A stretch of 63,229 bases of DNA, filler included, from Octopus bimaculoides (taxonomy: Eukaryota): assembly GCF_001194135.2 (NCBI RefSeq). It is 5 parts of 5 records of this genome, joined end to end, with 100 filler letters (N's around TTAATTAATTAA, not from the genome) between each part and the next. Parts side by side here need not be neighbours in the genome. Positions count along the whole stretch, not along the records: positions 36,595 to 48,320 come from NC_069004.1; positions 48,421 to 58,542 come from NC_068987.1; positions 58,643 to 63,229 come from NC_068981.1; 2 more parts are not named here. One strand, written 5' to 3'. This document shows, piece by piece, positions 46,849 to 58,951 of this stretch. The translations under genes were made by a program, and so were the position numbers. A model generated the notes under the pieces. It was not told where the DNA came from. It saw only the letters and a program-made list of their open reading frames with translations, and searched no databases. Positions within the stretch are counted from its first letter, which is position 1. The number at the start of each line of letters is the position of its first letter.

Positions 46849-47641
46849 NNNNNNNNNNNNNNNNNNNNNNNNNNNNNNNNNNNNNNNNNNNNNNNNNNNN
46901 NNNNNNNNNNNNNNNNNNNNNNNNNNNNNNNNNNNNNNNNNNNNNNNNNNNNNNNNNNNNNNNNNNNNNNNNNNNNNNNNNNNNNNNNNNNNNNNNNNNN
47001 NNNNNNNNNNNNNNNNNNNNNNNNNNNNNNNNNNNNNNNNNNNNNNNNNNNNNNNNNNNNNNNNNNNNNNNNNNNNNNNNNNNNNNNNNNNNNNNNNNNN
47101 NNNNNNNNNNNNNNNNNNNNNNNNNNNNNNNNNNNNNNNNNNNNNNNNNNNNNNNNNNNNNNNNNNNNNNNNNNNNNNNNNNNNNNNNNNNNNNNNNNNN
47201 NNNNNNNNNNNNNNNNNNNNNNNNNNNNNNNNNNNNNNNNNNNNNNNNNNNNNNNNNNNNNNNNNNNNNNNNNNNNNNNNNNNNNNNNNNNNNNNNNNNN
47301 NNNNNNNNNNNNNNNNNNNNNNNNNNNNNNNNNNNNNNNNNNNNNNNNNNNNNNNNNNNNNNNNNNNNNNNNNNNNNNNNNNNNNNNNNNNNNNNNNNNN
47401 NNNNNNNNNNNNNNNNNNNNNNNNNNNNNNNNNNNNNNNNNNNNNNNNNNNNNNNNNNNNNNNNNNNNNNNNNNNNNNNNNNNNNNNNNNNNNNNNNNNN
47501 NNNNNNNNNNNNNNNNNNNNNNNNNNNNNNNNNNNNNNNNNNNNNNNNNNNNNNNNNNNNNNNNNNNNNNNNNNNNNNNNNNNNNNNNNNNNNNNNNNNN
47601 NNNNNNNNNNNNNNNNNNNNNNNNNNNNNNNNNNNNNNNNN

Positions 47642-48210
47642 ATCTTGGTGGAAACACCTCAATAGAAACATCGATTCGGTGCAAAACATAACAGAGTTGA
47701 TAATGTTCTGGAAGTGTTGGAACAAAAGTCATGCATTGTTGTAGAGGTCAGCTGCCCAGCGGATGTGAATGGACAATGAAAAGACCAGGGAAAGAGAACA
47801 TTTATGGCGCATTAATGCGGAACTAACAGCGCTTGTAAGGAAAAAGTAATTAAAGGATTCATTCTCGAGTCATGCAGATTGATAAGGGTCGGCTTCCCGG
47901 TTTCATGGTGTATATATTACCCACCTGGATAGGACGCCAGTCCATTGCAGGGTTACTCACTTTTGCCAGCTGAGTGGACTGGAGTAACGTGAAATGAAGT
48001 GTTTTGTCCTAAGGACACAACGCGTCACACGGTCCAGGAATTCGAAACCACAATCTTATGATTTATATCTAACACCCTAACCACTAAGCCACGAGCCTCC
48101 ACAACAGCTTTTGTACCCTGACTTTGATTTCCCATTTGTACCCATCATCGTGGGTGCTTTAAGTTACGTACCCACAAATTTGCAAAGACAACTTCTTGGA
48201 GATTTTAGGT
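47642..48210 (+). mobile_element. R4/NeSL-type RLE remnant, family 2, interrupted by SINE D
   Basis: WWKHL..ETSIRCK...IVVEVSCPADVN...ENIYGALMRN*Q | LLYPDFDFPFVPIIVGALSYVP. Homologous to 20285-20910. Confidence 0.78.
47831..48102 (-). mobile_element. tRNA-derived SINE type D with 6-bp TSD
   Basis: Minus head TGGAGGCTCGTGGCTTAGTGGTTAGGG, then CTCCAGTCCACTCAGCTG and CCTGCAATGGACTGGCGTCC. TSD AACAGC at 47825-47830 and 48103-48108. Confidence 0.85.
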
Positions 48211-48320
48211 ATAATTATACTAATGTGTCCATCTGTTCTAATTTAATTCAATTCTATGTCTTTGTGCAGCTGAGGATTGCTCTGCATTTTAAATTGATGT
48301 AATGATTGTATTGTTCAATT

Positions 48321-48420
48321 NNNNNNNNNNNNNNNNNNNNNNNNNNNNNNNNNNNNNNNNNNNNTTAATTAATTAANNNNNNNNNNNNNNNNNNNNNNNN
48401 NNNNNNNNNNNNNNNNNNNN
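48321..48420. other. Synthetic scaffold-join spacer
   Basis: 44 N + TTAATTAATTAA + 44 N. Confidence 0.95.
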
Positions 48421-48478
48421 TACATGTGGATGAAGGTATATACATACATGTACATATATATGCATATACTCATATATT

Positions 48479-48517
<39 letters not shown>

Positions 48518-48719
48518 TTAAAGCTTTTTGACACATTTCGTCGTTCGGCCTGCAGGCTGTCAAACGAAAACTATGCTCCTGACCAAATAGGCTAGGTACG
48601 TCTGCCAGTCCATTTGCAGACGGTCGACCATGCTATAGGTTTTATAGGATTACATGTTATCATTAAAACACACACATATACACGCGCACATGCACACATT
48701 CACAGGCACATATATACAA

Positions 48720-48770
<51 letters not shown>

Positions 48771-49379
48771 CAAGGGTTTTAGTCGAACAAATCGACTACA
48801 GGACTGATAATTTTAAAGCCTGGAATTTGTTCCATCGACACCTTTTGCCGAAGTGCTAGATTACAATGAGCTCCCCCAGCACCAATTGTCAAGCGGTGGA
48901 GGGGGACAAACACAGACAAGAAGACACACACATACACGCACGCACACACGCACACACGCACAAACACTTATACACACATATATACATTCACATACACACA
49001 CACAATATATATATTTGAAAGAGCAGAGATGGCTTTAATTAGGGGCTAATTTTTATTTTAATCTTGATAATAGTGTTTGCACAGACTTGAAAGATAAAAG
49101 TTGTCCGCTAAAAGAAGCCCATCTCAAGTCATTATTTCAAATATATGCGATACTCTACCTTTCTCCTTATTATTCTACTATACATATATACATATATATA
49201 TATATATANNNNNNNNNNNNNNNNNNNNNNNNNNNNNNNNNNNNNNNNNNNNNNNNNNNNNNNNNNNNNNNNNNNNNNNNNNNNNNNNNNNNNNNNNNNN
49301 NNNNNNNNNNNNNNNNNNNNNNNNNNNNNNNNNNNNNNNNNNNNNNNNNNNNNNNNNNNNNNNNNNNNNNNNNNNNNNN

Positions 49380-49434
<55 letters not shown>

Positions 49435-49910
49435 GAGTACAGAATTTGATTGCGATAGAATTGCACATCATATTAATGACATGTTAGTTTCCAAAACGAA
49501 AATTGATTTAGGTGTTAGCAAATAGACAATATATGCTGATCTACATCAAATACGACTAACATCATAGATAGGTGCTTAAGAAGTTAATTTAAATCTGTAT
49601 CTTAATATATTAGCTGTTATAATAATAGTCTTGAATAGCTGGATACTTCATATTTGCTGCGGGAAAACATTTCTATGAGTTATGAAATATACTGATAGTC
49701 TTAAAAGTTATATCGATCTGAAAACATGATACTGCTTTTCTGCAATAAACTCCATTCTTCAAGTGGAATGTCTGTAATTCAAGGATTCTTGAATAAACAC
49801 CAGTTTTTTCACTCATGTGCCAATAATGCAAAGTATATCTCTAACTTTGTTAATAATGATGATGATGATTATGATGATGATGATGATGATCATAATAATA
49901 ATAATAATGA

Positions 49911-49941
<31 letters not shown>

Positions 49942-49994
49942 AAGAAGAAGAAGAAGAAGAAGAAGAAGAAGAAGAAGAAGAAGAAGAAGAAGAA

Positions 49995-50393
49995 GAAAAC
50001 GAGAAAGCAACCATACTCTGGGATATGCCAATACACACAGATAGAGAAATTAAGGCAAATAGACCAGATATAGTTGTCAAAGATCATGAAGAAAAAAAAT
50101 GCTTTCTAATTGATGTATCAATACCAGTAGATGACAACGTCTCTCTAAAAGAAATGGAAAAACTTTCAAAATACAAAGACATGGAAATAGAGGTAACTCG
50201 AATGTGGAATCTAAAAACAGAAACAATTCCTATTATAGTAGGTGCCTTAGGTATAATAAAAAAAATATTCAGACAAATACATAACAAAAACACCAGGACT
50301 TACAAATATATATAACATACAGAAAAATTGCACTACTGGGCACAACACACATCCTACGCAAATCACTTTCAATACAGTAACCATAAGAGCACC
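49995..50393 (+). mobile_element. Well-preserved R4/Dong-type LINE 3' end (PD-(D/E)xK restriction-like endonuclease), family 1
   Basis: ENEKATILWDMPIHTDREIKANRPDIVVKDHEEKKCFLIDVSIPVDDNVSLKEMEKLSKYKDMEIEVTRMWNLKTETIPIIVGALG, one frameshift, then IALLGTTHILRKSLSIQ* (stop 50378-80). (GAA)n upstream, (AAT)n downstream. Confidence 0.88.
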
Positions 50394-50415
50394 AATAATA
50401 ATAATAATAATAATG

Positions 50416-50484
<69 letters not shown>

Positions 50485-50485
<1 letters not shown>

Positions 50486-50864
50486 TCGCCCATACCAACC
50501 TATATCTTCTCGAAACGGCGGTCAGACTTTGCACCTACTCAAAATTCCTTTTAAAATCATTTTATACCAGCTTCCTCATCTATTTGGATTACCACTATAC
50601 ATTCACCATCCGCATATTTTAATCTCCTCATTGATTTTAATACGGACATGCAACCTCGCAAGTAGATTTATGTATATTATATCTTGTGCATATGAATGCA
50701 CCTATGTATGCTGTGGAGTAATCCGACGCTTTGAAATATATTGGGTGAATATGAATTGACCTTTGAAATTTGTTCTCTCTTTCTTTATATTCCTGAGGCT
50801 CTATTAGGGCACTAATTAGTTGTGCTGTATAAGGAGATAATTATCCCATTTATTTCTTCATTAT
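50485..50864 (+). repeat. 5' pseudo-LTR of the PLE
   Basis: Direct repeat of 54818-55175. About 13 substitutions in the first ~175 bp by manual count, plus a ~25-bp indel. Confidence 0.88.
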
Positions 50865-51600
50865 TCTATATTTGCTCAAATGGAGCACTTCTTACAATAT
50901 TAACTTATGGAGTGATAATTTCTCGGTCTATCTATAAAAACATTCCAGTTACATCTAAGGATATATACATGGATATCCTACTTCGGAGAATTAGTGAATT
51001 CATCAAAAGGCTTAGATGGAGAGCATTTGATAATGATTCAAATGGGAAGCACTTGAATAATAAACTGGATAACTGTAACCTTAAAACTTACAGAAACCCT
51101 CTCACAATCCTGCACTATTGAAACTAGTAAAAGATCTCATTTAAATGCTCAAAAAAAAAACTAACTTTGTCGAAAACCACAAACCACACACGGAAGAAAC
51201 TAACTGATATTATCTCTCAAATATAAAACTTTGATAACCTACATGTTCTTTCTGATAAAACAGGAAACCTATATAACTTTATTCTGAAGGAATTAACTCT
51301 AAATATAAAAAAGTTGCCGATAACAGACTGAATGAAATTAATAAGAAACACTTCGACTTGATTAAGGAGCTACAATTATTAGATAGGACGGAATCTTATG
51401 CCCCTAAAATCCCACATTTCACATTTAAGGATCACAAAGCTAATTTTGAGAGCTAACCCACTGTTAGGCTAATTTGCCCAACCAAATCTGACTTGGGCAG
51501 AATTAGTAAGTCTATCATTGATAGAATTATCCTTTGTGTTAAAAGAAAAGATCCTCCACTTTGGATATCCACGTGGGATGTCATAACTTGGTTCTGTTCA

Positions 51601-52936
51601 TCTATATATATAAAAATGAGAATGTGTGTCTGTCTGTCTGTATCCCTAAAACTCGAGAACTACGGAACCAATTTCATTNNNNNNNNNNNNNNNNNNNNNN
51701 NNNNNNNNNNNNNNNNNNNNNNNNNNNNNNNNNNNNNNNNNNNNNNNNNNNNNNNNNNNNNNNNNNNNNNNNNNNNNNNNNNNNNNNNNNNNNNNNNNNN
51801 NNNNNNNNNNNNNNNNNNNNNNNNNNNNNNNNNNNNNNNNNNNNNNNNNNNNNNNNNNNNNNNNNNNNNNNNNNNNNNNNNNNNNNNNNNNNNNNNNNNN
51901 NNNNNNNNNNNNNNNNNNNNNNNNNNNNNNNNNNNNNNNNNNNNNNNNNNNNNNNNNNNNNNNNNNNNNNNNNNNNNNNNNNNNNNNNNNNNNNNNNNNN
52001 NNNNNNNNNNNNNNNNNNNNNNNNNNNNNNNNNNNNNNNNNNNNNNNNNNNNNNNNNNNNNNNNNNNNNNNNNNNNNNNNNNNNNNNNNNNNNNNNNNNN
52101 NNNNNNNNNNNNNNNNNNNNNNNNNNNNNNNNNNNNNNNNNNNNNNNNNNNNNNNNNNNNNNNNNNNNNNNNNNNNNNNNNNNNNNNNNNNNNNNNNNNN
52201 NNNNNNNNNNNNNNNNNNNNNNNNNNNNNNNNNNNNNNNNNNNNNNNNNNNNNNNNNNNNNNNNNNNNNNNNNNNNNNNNNNNNNNNNNNNNNNNNNNNN
52301 NNNNNNNNNNNNNNNNNNNNNNNNNNNNNNNNNNNNNNNNNNNNNNNNNNNNNNNNNNNNNNNNNNNNNNNNNNNNNNNNNNNNNNNNNNNNNNNNNNNN
52401 NNNNNNNNNNNNNNNNNNNNNNNNNNNNNNNNNNNNNNNNNNNNNNNNNNNNNNNNNNNNNNNNNNNNNNNNNNNNNNNNNNNNNNNNNNNNNNNNNNNN
52501 NNNNNNNNNNNNNNNNNNNNNNNNNNNNNNNNNNNNNNNNNNNNNNNNNNNNNNNNNNNNNNNNNNNNNNNNNNNNNNNNNNNNNNNNNNNNNNNNNNGT
52601 GCATAAATTGTCAAGTAAATGAGACACATCTTTGCCTCCACTGATTCACTTGCAAAGTGTTGAGTAAAATTATTTCGTTGCAGACCTCCTTTGGGTCTTT
52701 TTATTTTCACTACGACACACATAGTCCCCAGTTGGTAACATTGATTTCAAGGCCCTCCTAGATGAGAGACTGGCATTCCACTTAATGTCTATGTTCCATG
52801 CTGGCATGGATTGGAGAGTTATTAATGTAGAAATATGGTATCGTAGCTACTAACAGTGGAGGGTTGCGTAGTCTAGACGGCGTATTTAGATTTCATTATT
52901 ATCTTTAACCCGGGCAAAGCCGGGTATTTCTGCTAG
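51601..52936 (+). mobile_element. Non-autonomous Helitron inserted into the PLE RT (mostly N gap inside)
   Basis: Starts TC (TCTATATATA), ends with hairpin ACCCGG-GCAAAG-CCGGGT (52908-52925) then CTAG (52933-36). Inserted between A51600 and T52937 with no TSD. Confidence 0.88.
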
Positions 52937-53702
52937 TTGAATAATAAAAGAAAAACTCACTTTATACAATTCGACATTAGTAATTACTACCAATCTATTA
53001 AGACGGACCTGCTTGATAAAGCAATCTCTTTTGTGGAGAATTTTACTGATATTAGGCCGTTAGAAAAAAGGATTATTTTTACCGCACGGAAAACACTGAT
53101 GTCTTTCTGAAATAGGACCTGGACTCTATGTGACCTTCAAGACAACTTTTATGTTACAATGGGAAGCTCGGACTCTACCCAGGTCACTAATATTGTTGGC
53201 CTATTCTTACTTTCAAAAATTAAGGAAGCACTCCATAACATCAGCGGAGGTTTGTATAGAGACGATGCGTTATTCACTATTTCTGGTTTCTCTGCACAAG
53301 TAACTGATAGGGTAAAGAAAAGATAATAAAATTGTTGAAGTCATATAACTTAGATATTATATTTGAAAATGTCGCAAAATGTATTAATACTTTGGACGTA
53401 ACATTAAATTTATATAATGGCTTATTTTTACCCTTACCATAAGCCTAATAAAACCATTAAGTATATCCACGCCGTATCAAATCATCCCCAAAGAATTATT
53501 AATGGGGTAGTCAAAGATGTGTCGATAAGAATCTCTAAATTATCTGCAAACGAAAACATTTTTATAACTTCGAACCCTTTTATAATGCAGCACTAAAAGA
53601 CAGTTGAATCAATAGGAAGATATATTAAGAATACAATATGTAAAAATAAGGTAGATAAACGTTTTCCAAACCGACACCATAATAGAAGATACTATAATTA
53701 AT

Positions 53703-53748
<46 letters not shown>

Positions 53749-54817
53749 TAATAATAATGATAATAATAATAATAATAATAATAATGGGCAGAGTAGGAAC
53801 AACTCAGTGAGGAAACGGGAAATTATCTGGTTCACCCCTCCTTTTTCCCTCCAAGTCAGAAACTTCCCTTAATTATTTTTTAGGATTATTGACAGGAATT
53901 TCCCATTAGGCCATAAATATCATTCCATCCTTAATAGATTCTGCCTTAATAGGTTCTGCCTTAAATTGTTGTACTCAACCACGCCCAACCTAGATTGCAA
54001 CCAACAACAGTTTTAAACTTAGAAATAATAGTATTGATAGAGATGACATTATAGCTGACCTTAAAATGAAGAATAATAATAAGAATCCTGATATTAAAAA
54101 TATAAAAGCGAAGCATGGAAATAAAACATGTAATTGCCGTAACCGGAAATTATGTCCCTTAAAGGGATTCCGTTTAAGGCGAACTGTCATATATAAAGTT
54201 GAGGATTCAACCCTTAGTGAATCTAAAAAGATATACATAGGAAGTACAACTGATTTTATGACTAGATATAGGGTACACACAAAATCATTTATTAACCAAG
54301 AAACAAAAAAATCAACTGCACTAGCTACCCACGTTAATAAATTTAAAATGCTCAATAAAGAATTCAGTCTATTGTAACGGAAACCATACCATAGAATACA
54401 CACACCAGAAACTGCAAATTATGCACAAAAGAAGCGATCTGTATATTCCACGCTGACAAAAAATTTGACTTAACAAGATCTCGGATGTTATTATTCTTTG
54501 TAGACATAACTATTGATCAACTTTTAAATTTTTTCCCCAAAATAATTAGTTCTTATAACTTTAATCTAGTTACCTATTATGTATTTGGATTCATCTTTAA
54601 ACACTATTATCTATAGCTTCATAATTCATTTAAACATGTAATTTTAGATCTTATTATATCATCGCCTGAACAGTATGTCCCGACACTGCATTCGATTTCT
54701 AACACTTCTTAAATTTTTCATGTTGCTTAATGCTTTAAGATCTAAATAATTCTTTTATAAATCCTTTTGGTTAACTCTAATGAGAGAAATGTAGATGATT
54801 GTTATGGTTGGAATTAA

Positions 54818-55175
54818 CTCGCCCATATCAACCTATATTTTCTCGAAACGGCCATCAGACTTTGCACCTGCTCAAGATTCCTTTTAAAATCATTTTAAAC
54901 CAGCTTCCTCATCTATTTGGATTACCGCTATACATTTACTATCCGCATATTTTAATATCCTCATTGATTTTAGTACGGACATACAACCTCGCAAGTAGAT
55001 TTATGTATATTATATCTTGTGCATATCAATGAACCTATGTATGCTGTGGAAATCCGACGCTTTGAAATATATTGAGTGAATATGAACACTGACCTTTGAA
55101 ATTTGTTCTCTCTATTAGAGCGCTAATTAGTTGTGCTGTATAAAGGGATAATTATCCTGTTTATTTCTTCATTAT
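54818..55175 (+). repeat. 3' pseudo-LTR of the PLE
   Basis: Direct repeat of 50485-50864. Confidence 0.88.
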
Positions 55176-57109
55176 GTTCGTTTACATATACATGGACATA
55201 CGTAATTTATATTCATATACTGTAAGTCCATATGTATATACATATATATACACTAATATCGAACAATGGGTATAAGTGCTCAACGCCGCATTATTTATGA
55301 TTGAAGAAAGAAACCAATGGTTTCATGTTAGGATATCTTCGTAATTGTTCTCCACTTTTGACAAAATGGAGCCGAATACCAAACGTTCCATGTGGCACGC
55401 TCGAACAATTACGAAGATCTCTACAAATTGGTTGCCTTCTTAACACCTCCATATATATATATATACGATTGACATATTTTAATTTATCAACATAATATAA
55501 TATTATTATTATAACATGATATGATATAGTATAAATATAAATATTGCAATCCTAAAATTGTATCGATTCAGACTAAATAATAAATTTATAAAAATTCATG
55601 TTTATAGATACCAGGTTCTAGTGCCTGGAATCAAGGGATTGTAACTTTTGCTTAGCTTCGGATTACCTCTTCCCACATCCTTAAGGGTGGAATCGGGAAA
55701 GAGAGAAGCTTTGCAGAACATTGCTGTTCTACTTGAGGTTTGTGTGAAGTGTAAACATGCCTGTAGAATATTTATTCATATACGTACTTGCTAAATCAAT
55801 AAGTAGATAATGCGGGTGTTTGCTCAAATAGATTTTTCAAATAGAAGACTGCACACACATACACACACCTACGTGCGTGCACGCACATGCACGAACACAC
55901 ACATACACACACATGCGCACACACACGCAAAGAAATATTTTCTTAAAAGTTATTAGCTATTTTAAAAAAGGTTTTTGGAAAAACAGAACAAAAACTTTTG
56001 GGAATGAAATTTTCGTACTGAGTGTAAGCGCTTTCGTTGTTGAACTTTTTAAACACACTTATTATGGGGTAATCTGTGTGTGTATTCTCGCGTGAAGATC
56101 GCATTGTTTTTCGTAATGATGCTGACCATTTCCGGCTCGGTTTCAGAATTGGAATTCTCATCACATTTTCATTTTGCCTTTCGTAGTTGATCACTTTCTT
56201 CATTTATTTTGGAAGATGGGAATATTTTGAATTTTACATTTGCGGAAACGTCTAGATGCACACTACATAGAAGAGTTATGACAGAAGAATTCTTAATTTG
56301 CTGTTTGTGCACTTACTTTCACACGGTTAATTAATTTTGATCCTATTCATCTGATGTAATTTTCATTCCAATGTTGACAAGCCATGCAGTAGATGAATGT
56401 TTTGCTTTGCAATTTACATTTGCAGTCACTTTCAATTTCTTTACCTATTCTTGATTCTTTTGGTTGTTCCTTGTTCCTTTCAGATGTCCCACAACGAGGT
56501 TCTCCACAGTTTCTTACGTGCATTATTTTTTTCCTCGAAGTAAATTTGTGCAAATGGAAAATTAAAAATCTTCCTATTTTTTTTTTATAAGCGATCAACT
56601 ACAAAAGGTAACGGAAGAATACTTTGTAAGAATTCTAAATCCCAAACTAAACCCGAAATAGTCAACAACATCATTTATACGCAATAACCCATAACACCTT
56701 TTTGAAAAACGGAATAACGTTATACCCAGTTGGAAAACTTTGTTCCAACAAGCTCATTTCATTATATTTTTCTAAAAAAGAACTCTAAATAGTTAATAAC
56801 TTCTAAGGAAATCTATCTTTGAATAATATTGTGACTATATGAAGTAATTTTAGCAAACACACACACACACAGACACACAGACACACACACACACAGACAC
56901 ACAGACACACACACACACAGACACACGTGTGTGTGTGTGTGTGTGTGTGCGTATGTATATAATACTTTACAGAAGTAAGTTAAAAGTTTACAGTTGACTT
57001 TAGGTAAGGAAACGGTGAAGTTATCAGAATAATTGTAACTCCTATCTATTGACACTACTTAATTTAAAGAGTTCAAAGTACTTATGTGATGTGGGGAGTG
57101 TTTACGTAT

Positions 57110-57420
57110 TATATTTCAGAATGATTGGGTGATCTTTGAACCTAGCTTTAGGCTAAATAGTGAGTTATACCAAATTACCTTGCTGGTTGTTTTTATGTCA
57201 GAGAGTGTATTCTTCTCTTCCTTACAATGCATATTTGCAATATTCTGCGACGTATGTATTGGATCGTTAATCGGAGAATAAATTGGTGATTCGTTTACTA
57301 ATGTTACTAGGTAAAGACTATAAGTTAAGTGATGAATAAATGGGGTGTTTTGGATATAATGAAGAGTCTCCGAATTTAGTTTTAGGGTTGTATCCAAGAA
57401 ATTAACTATGTTATTGTTAG
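57110..57420 (-). mobile_element. Highly decayed Penelope-like fragment
   Basis: VNFLDTTLKLN...IWYNSLFSLKLGSKI, matching the thumb and IIWFNPPFS regions of the other PLEs with a large internal deletion. Confidence 0.55.
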
Positions 57421-58502
57421 TGATCACGGTAATTCAATGTTTTTTTAAAATATAGTAACTAAGTGTAACTTGCTGGTGGCTATATTTTATTATGTGATAT
57501 AACTCGTCTGTCAACTCTGTTACGATGAATCCTAGAACTACTCGGTTAAATGCTGTTCGAAGAGCATTTAAGGCACATAAATTTATTAAATTACATCAAG
57601 TACCCTATTAAGGTGTAATTCTGTATCACTATGTTTCCCCCAGAGTAAGTAATTAAAAATGAGAATTAACTTTCTAGTATGCACGATCATTTTAATATCC
57701 CTAACGCTAATTGTATGGTATCCGCTGCCGAAACCTTAGTAAGAAACATTTGATTATGAATTCGACAATGTAAGTGAAGAAATTTGTCGAAAAGTTTGTC
57801 ATGTATGTCATTAAATCAAATTAAACCAATTAATGACCAAAGTTCTATTATTCAAAGCATAAAAGTTTAGTAGTTCCATTTTTATAGTTTTGAATGAGTC
57901 TTATATATTTAAACTAGACTTGCATCTCTCTCTTTCATCAGGGTTAAATAAATGAGCGTTTAAGGTCTGCTAAGAAAATTGTCGTGTGGTCATTTGAAAT
58001 AATATAAGATTTTAGAATGTTAGACATTTTACTCTCTTATACATATAAGTAGACCAGACGCTAAATCTTTCATTTCTTTGTGAATTAACATACGAGTATT
58101 TGTTTATTTTTTTAATATAATCTTAATGATATCGTAGAAGAAGTCCTGCGGCTAATCTTGAAGAAATTCTTCGCCAAAGAAAACATTCTTTACACATAGA
58201 GGTGAAATGCTTCACGTATTTATGAAAAGCACTTTGAACGTCGTTTTCAGATAATGTTTTTAAGATACAGCTACTTACTTGTTATGTGGGTGTGTACTCG
58301 TGTGTATCGTTAATTATTTATCTCCTCCAGTGAATAAGCCCACTTGTATGTGTTAGCTGAGAGTTTGCATGTACTTAACGTACATATTTGTCTGTAAATG
58401 AGTTTATGTATGTTCTTCGTGTATGTTTGTAGGAATGTGGTGTTCAGGTATGAGTGCAGGAACATATTCATGCATAATTGTACTTGTGTATGAATGCATG
58501 AA

Positions 58503-58537
<35 letters not shown>

Positions 58538-58542
58538 ATATA

Positions 58543-58642
58543 NNNNNNNNNNNNNNNNNNNNNNNNNNNNNNNNNNNNNNNNNNNNTTAATTAATTAANN
58601 NNNNNNNNNNNNNNNNNNNNNNNNNNNNNNNNNNNNNNNNNN
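58543..58642. other. Synthetic scaffold-join spacer
   Basis: 44 N + TTAATTAATTAA + 44 N. Confidence 0.95.
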
Positions 58643-58951
58643 GTGTGCACAGTCTGTGACAGACCATGTCTGTCCTTGGCTGGCCTCAAATCTCACCTGC
58701 GAACCCATGGAAAACAAACCTCATCCAGCTATTCTGATTATATGTCTGTGCACACGTTTGAATGTGGTGTGTGCCAGAGGGTTTGCAAATCCAATGGGGG
58801 TCTTAAAAGACATGTTAGGATCCACAATGAGCAGATCTTACTTGCAGGTATTGTTAGTGCAAATCAAAGGTGCAATCTGTGTGGGTGTTTTTTCAAAACA
58901 CTGTCTGGTTTAAAAAGCCACATCAGACGCCATGAAAGGGCTAAGGTGTAG
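58643..58951 (+). CDS. 5'-truncated open frame with three C2H2 zinc fingers; probably the C-terminus of an RTE-clade LINE ORF
   Basis: CTVCDRPCLSLAGLKSHLRTH, CGVCQRVCKSNGGLKRHVRIH, CNLCGCFFKTLSGLKSHIRRH, stop at 58949-51. Long non-TGEKP linkers; the GLxSHxRxH ending is typical of RTE C-terminal fingers. Confidence 0.7.
   Translation: MCTVCDRPCLSLAGLKSHLRTHGKQTSSSYSDYMSVHTFECGVCQRVCKSNGGLKRHVRIHNEQILLAGIVSANQRCNLCGCFFKTLSGLKSHIRRHERAKV

Larger units (their letters stand above)
50485..55175 (+). mobile_element. Near-complete Penelope-like element: pseudo-LTR - RT/GIY-YIG ORF (decayed) - pseudo-LTR
   Basis: YKNIPVTSKDIYMDILLRRISEFIKRLRWRAF; FKDHK..PTVRLICPTKSDLGRISK; FIQFDISNYYQSI; VTMGSSDSTQVTNIVGLFLL; GGLYRDDAL; TLDVTLNL..YHKPNKTIKYIHAVSNHP; IIWFTPPFS; CNCRNRKLCPL..VIYK..YIGST. 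Direct repeats at both ends. Confidence 0.92.

Noticed and set aside
21483-50622. ORFs of poly-YI/CV/TH/poly-I/Y/L/K/R
   Set aside because: Translations of (TA)n, (CA)n, (ATT)n and (GAA)n microsatellites.
50716-50750. Hammerhead in the PLE pseudo-LTRs (CTGTGGA...GAAATATAT) and at 54666-54700 (CTGAACA...CATTCGATT)
   Set aside because: Several invariant core positions differ. They could be relics but are not supportable without a family consensus.
7815-52722. Long ORFs in the supplied track that span N gaps (e.g. 7815-8591, 14370-15446, 46680-47744, 51493-52644)
   Set aside because: Length comes from X codons in gaps, so they are not evidence of coding.
55655-55710. GGATT.C.TCTTCCCACA.C shared with 21368-21390 as an HDV-like ribozyme
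   Set aside because: Could not assemble the nested double pseudoknot by eye, and the match is short.
56347-56598. Cys-containing ORF as a piggyBac C-terminal domain
   Set aside because: Cys spacing only loosely fits, and there is no TTAA/TIR or transposase core nearby.
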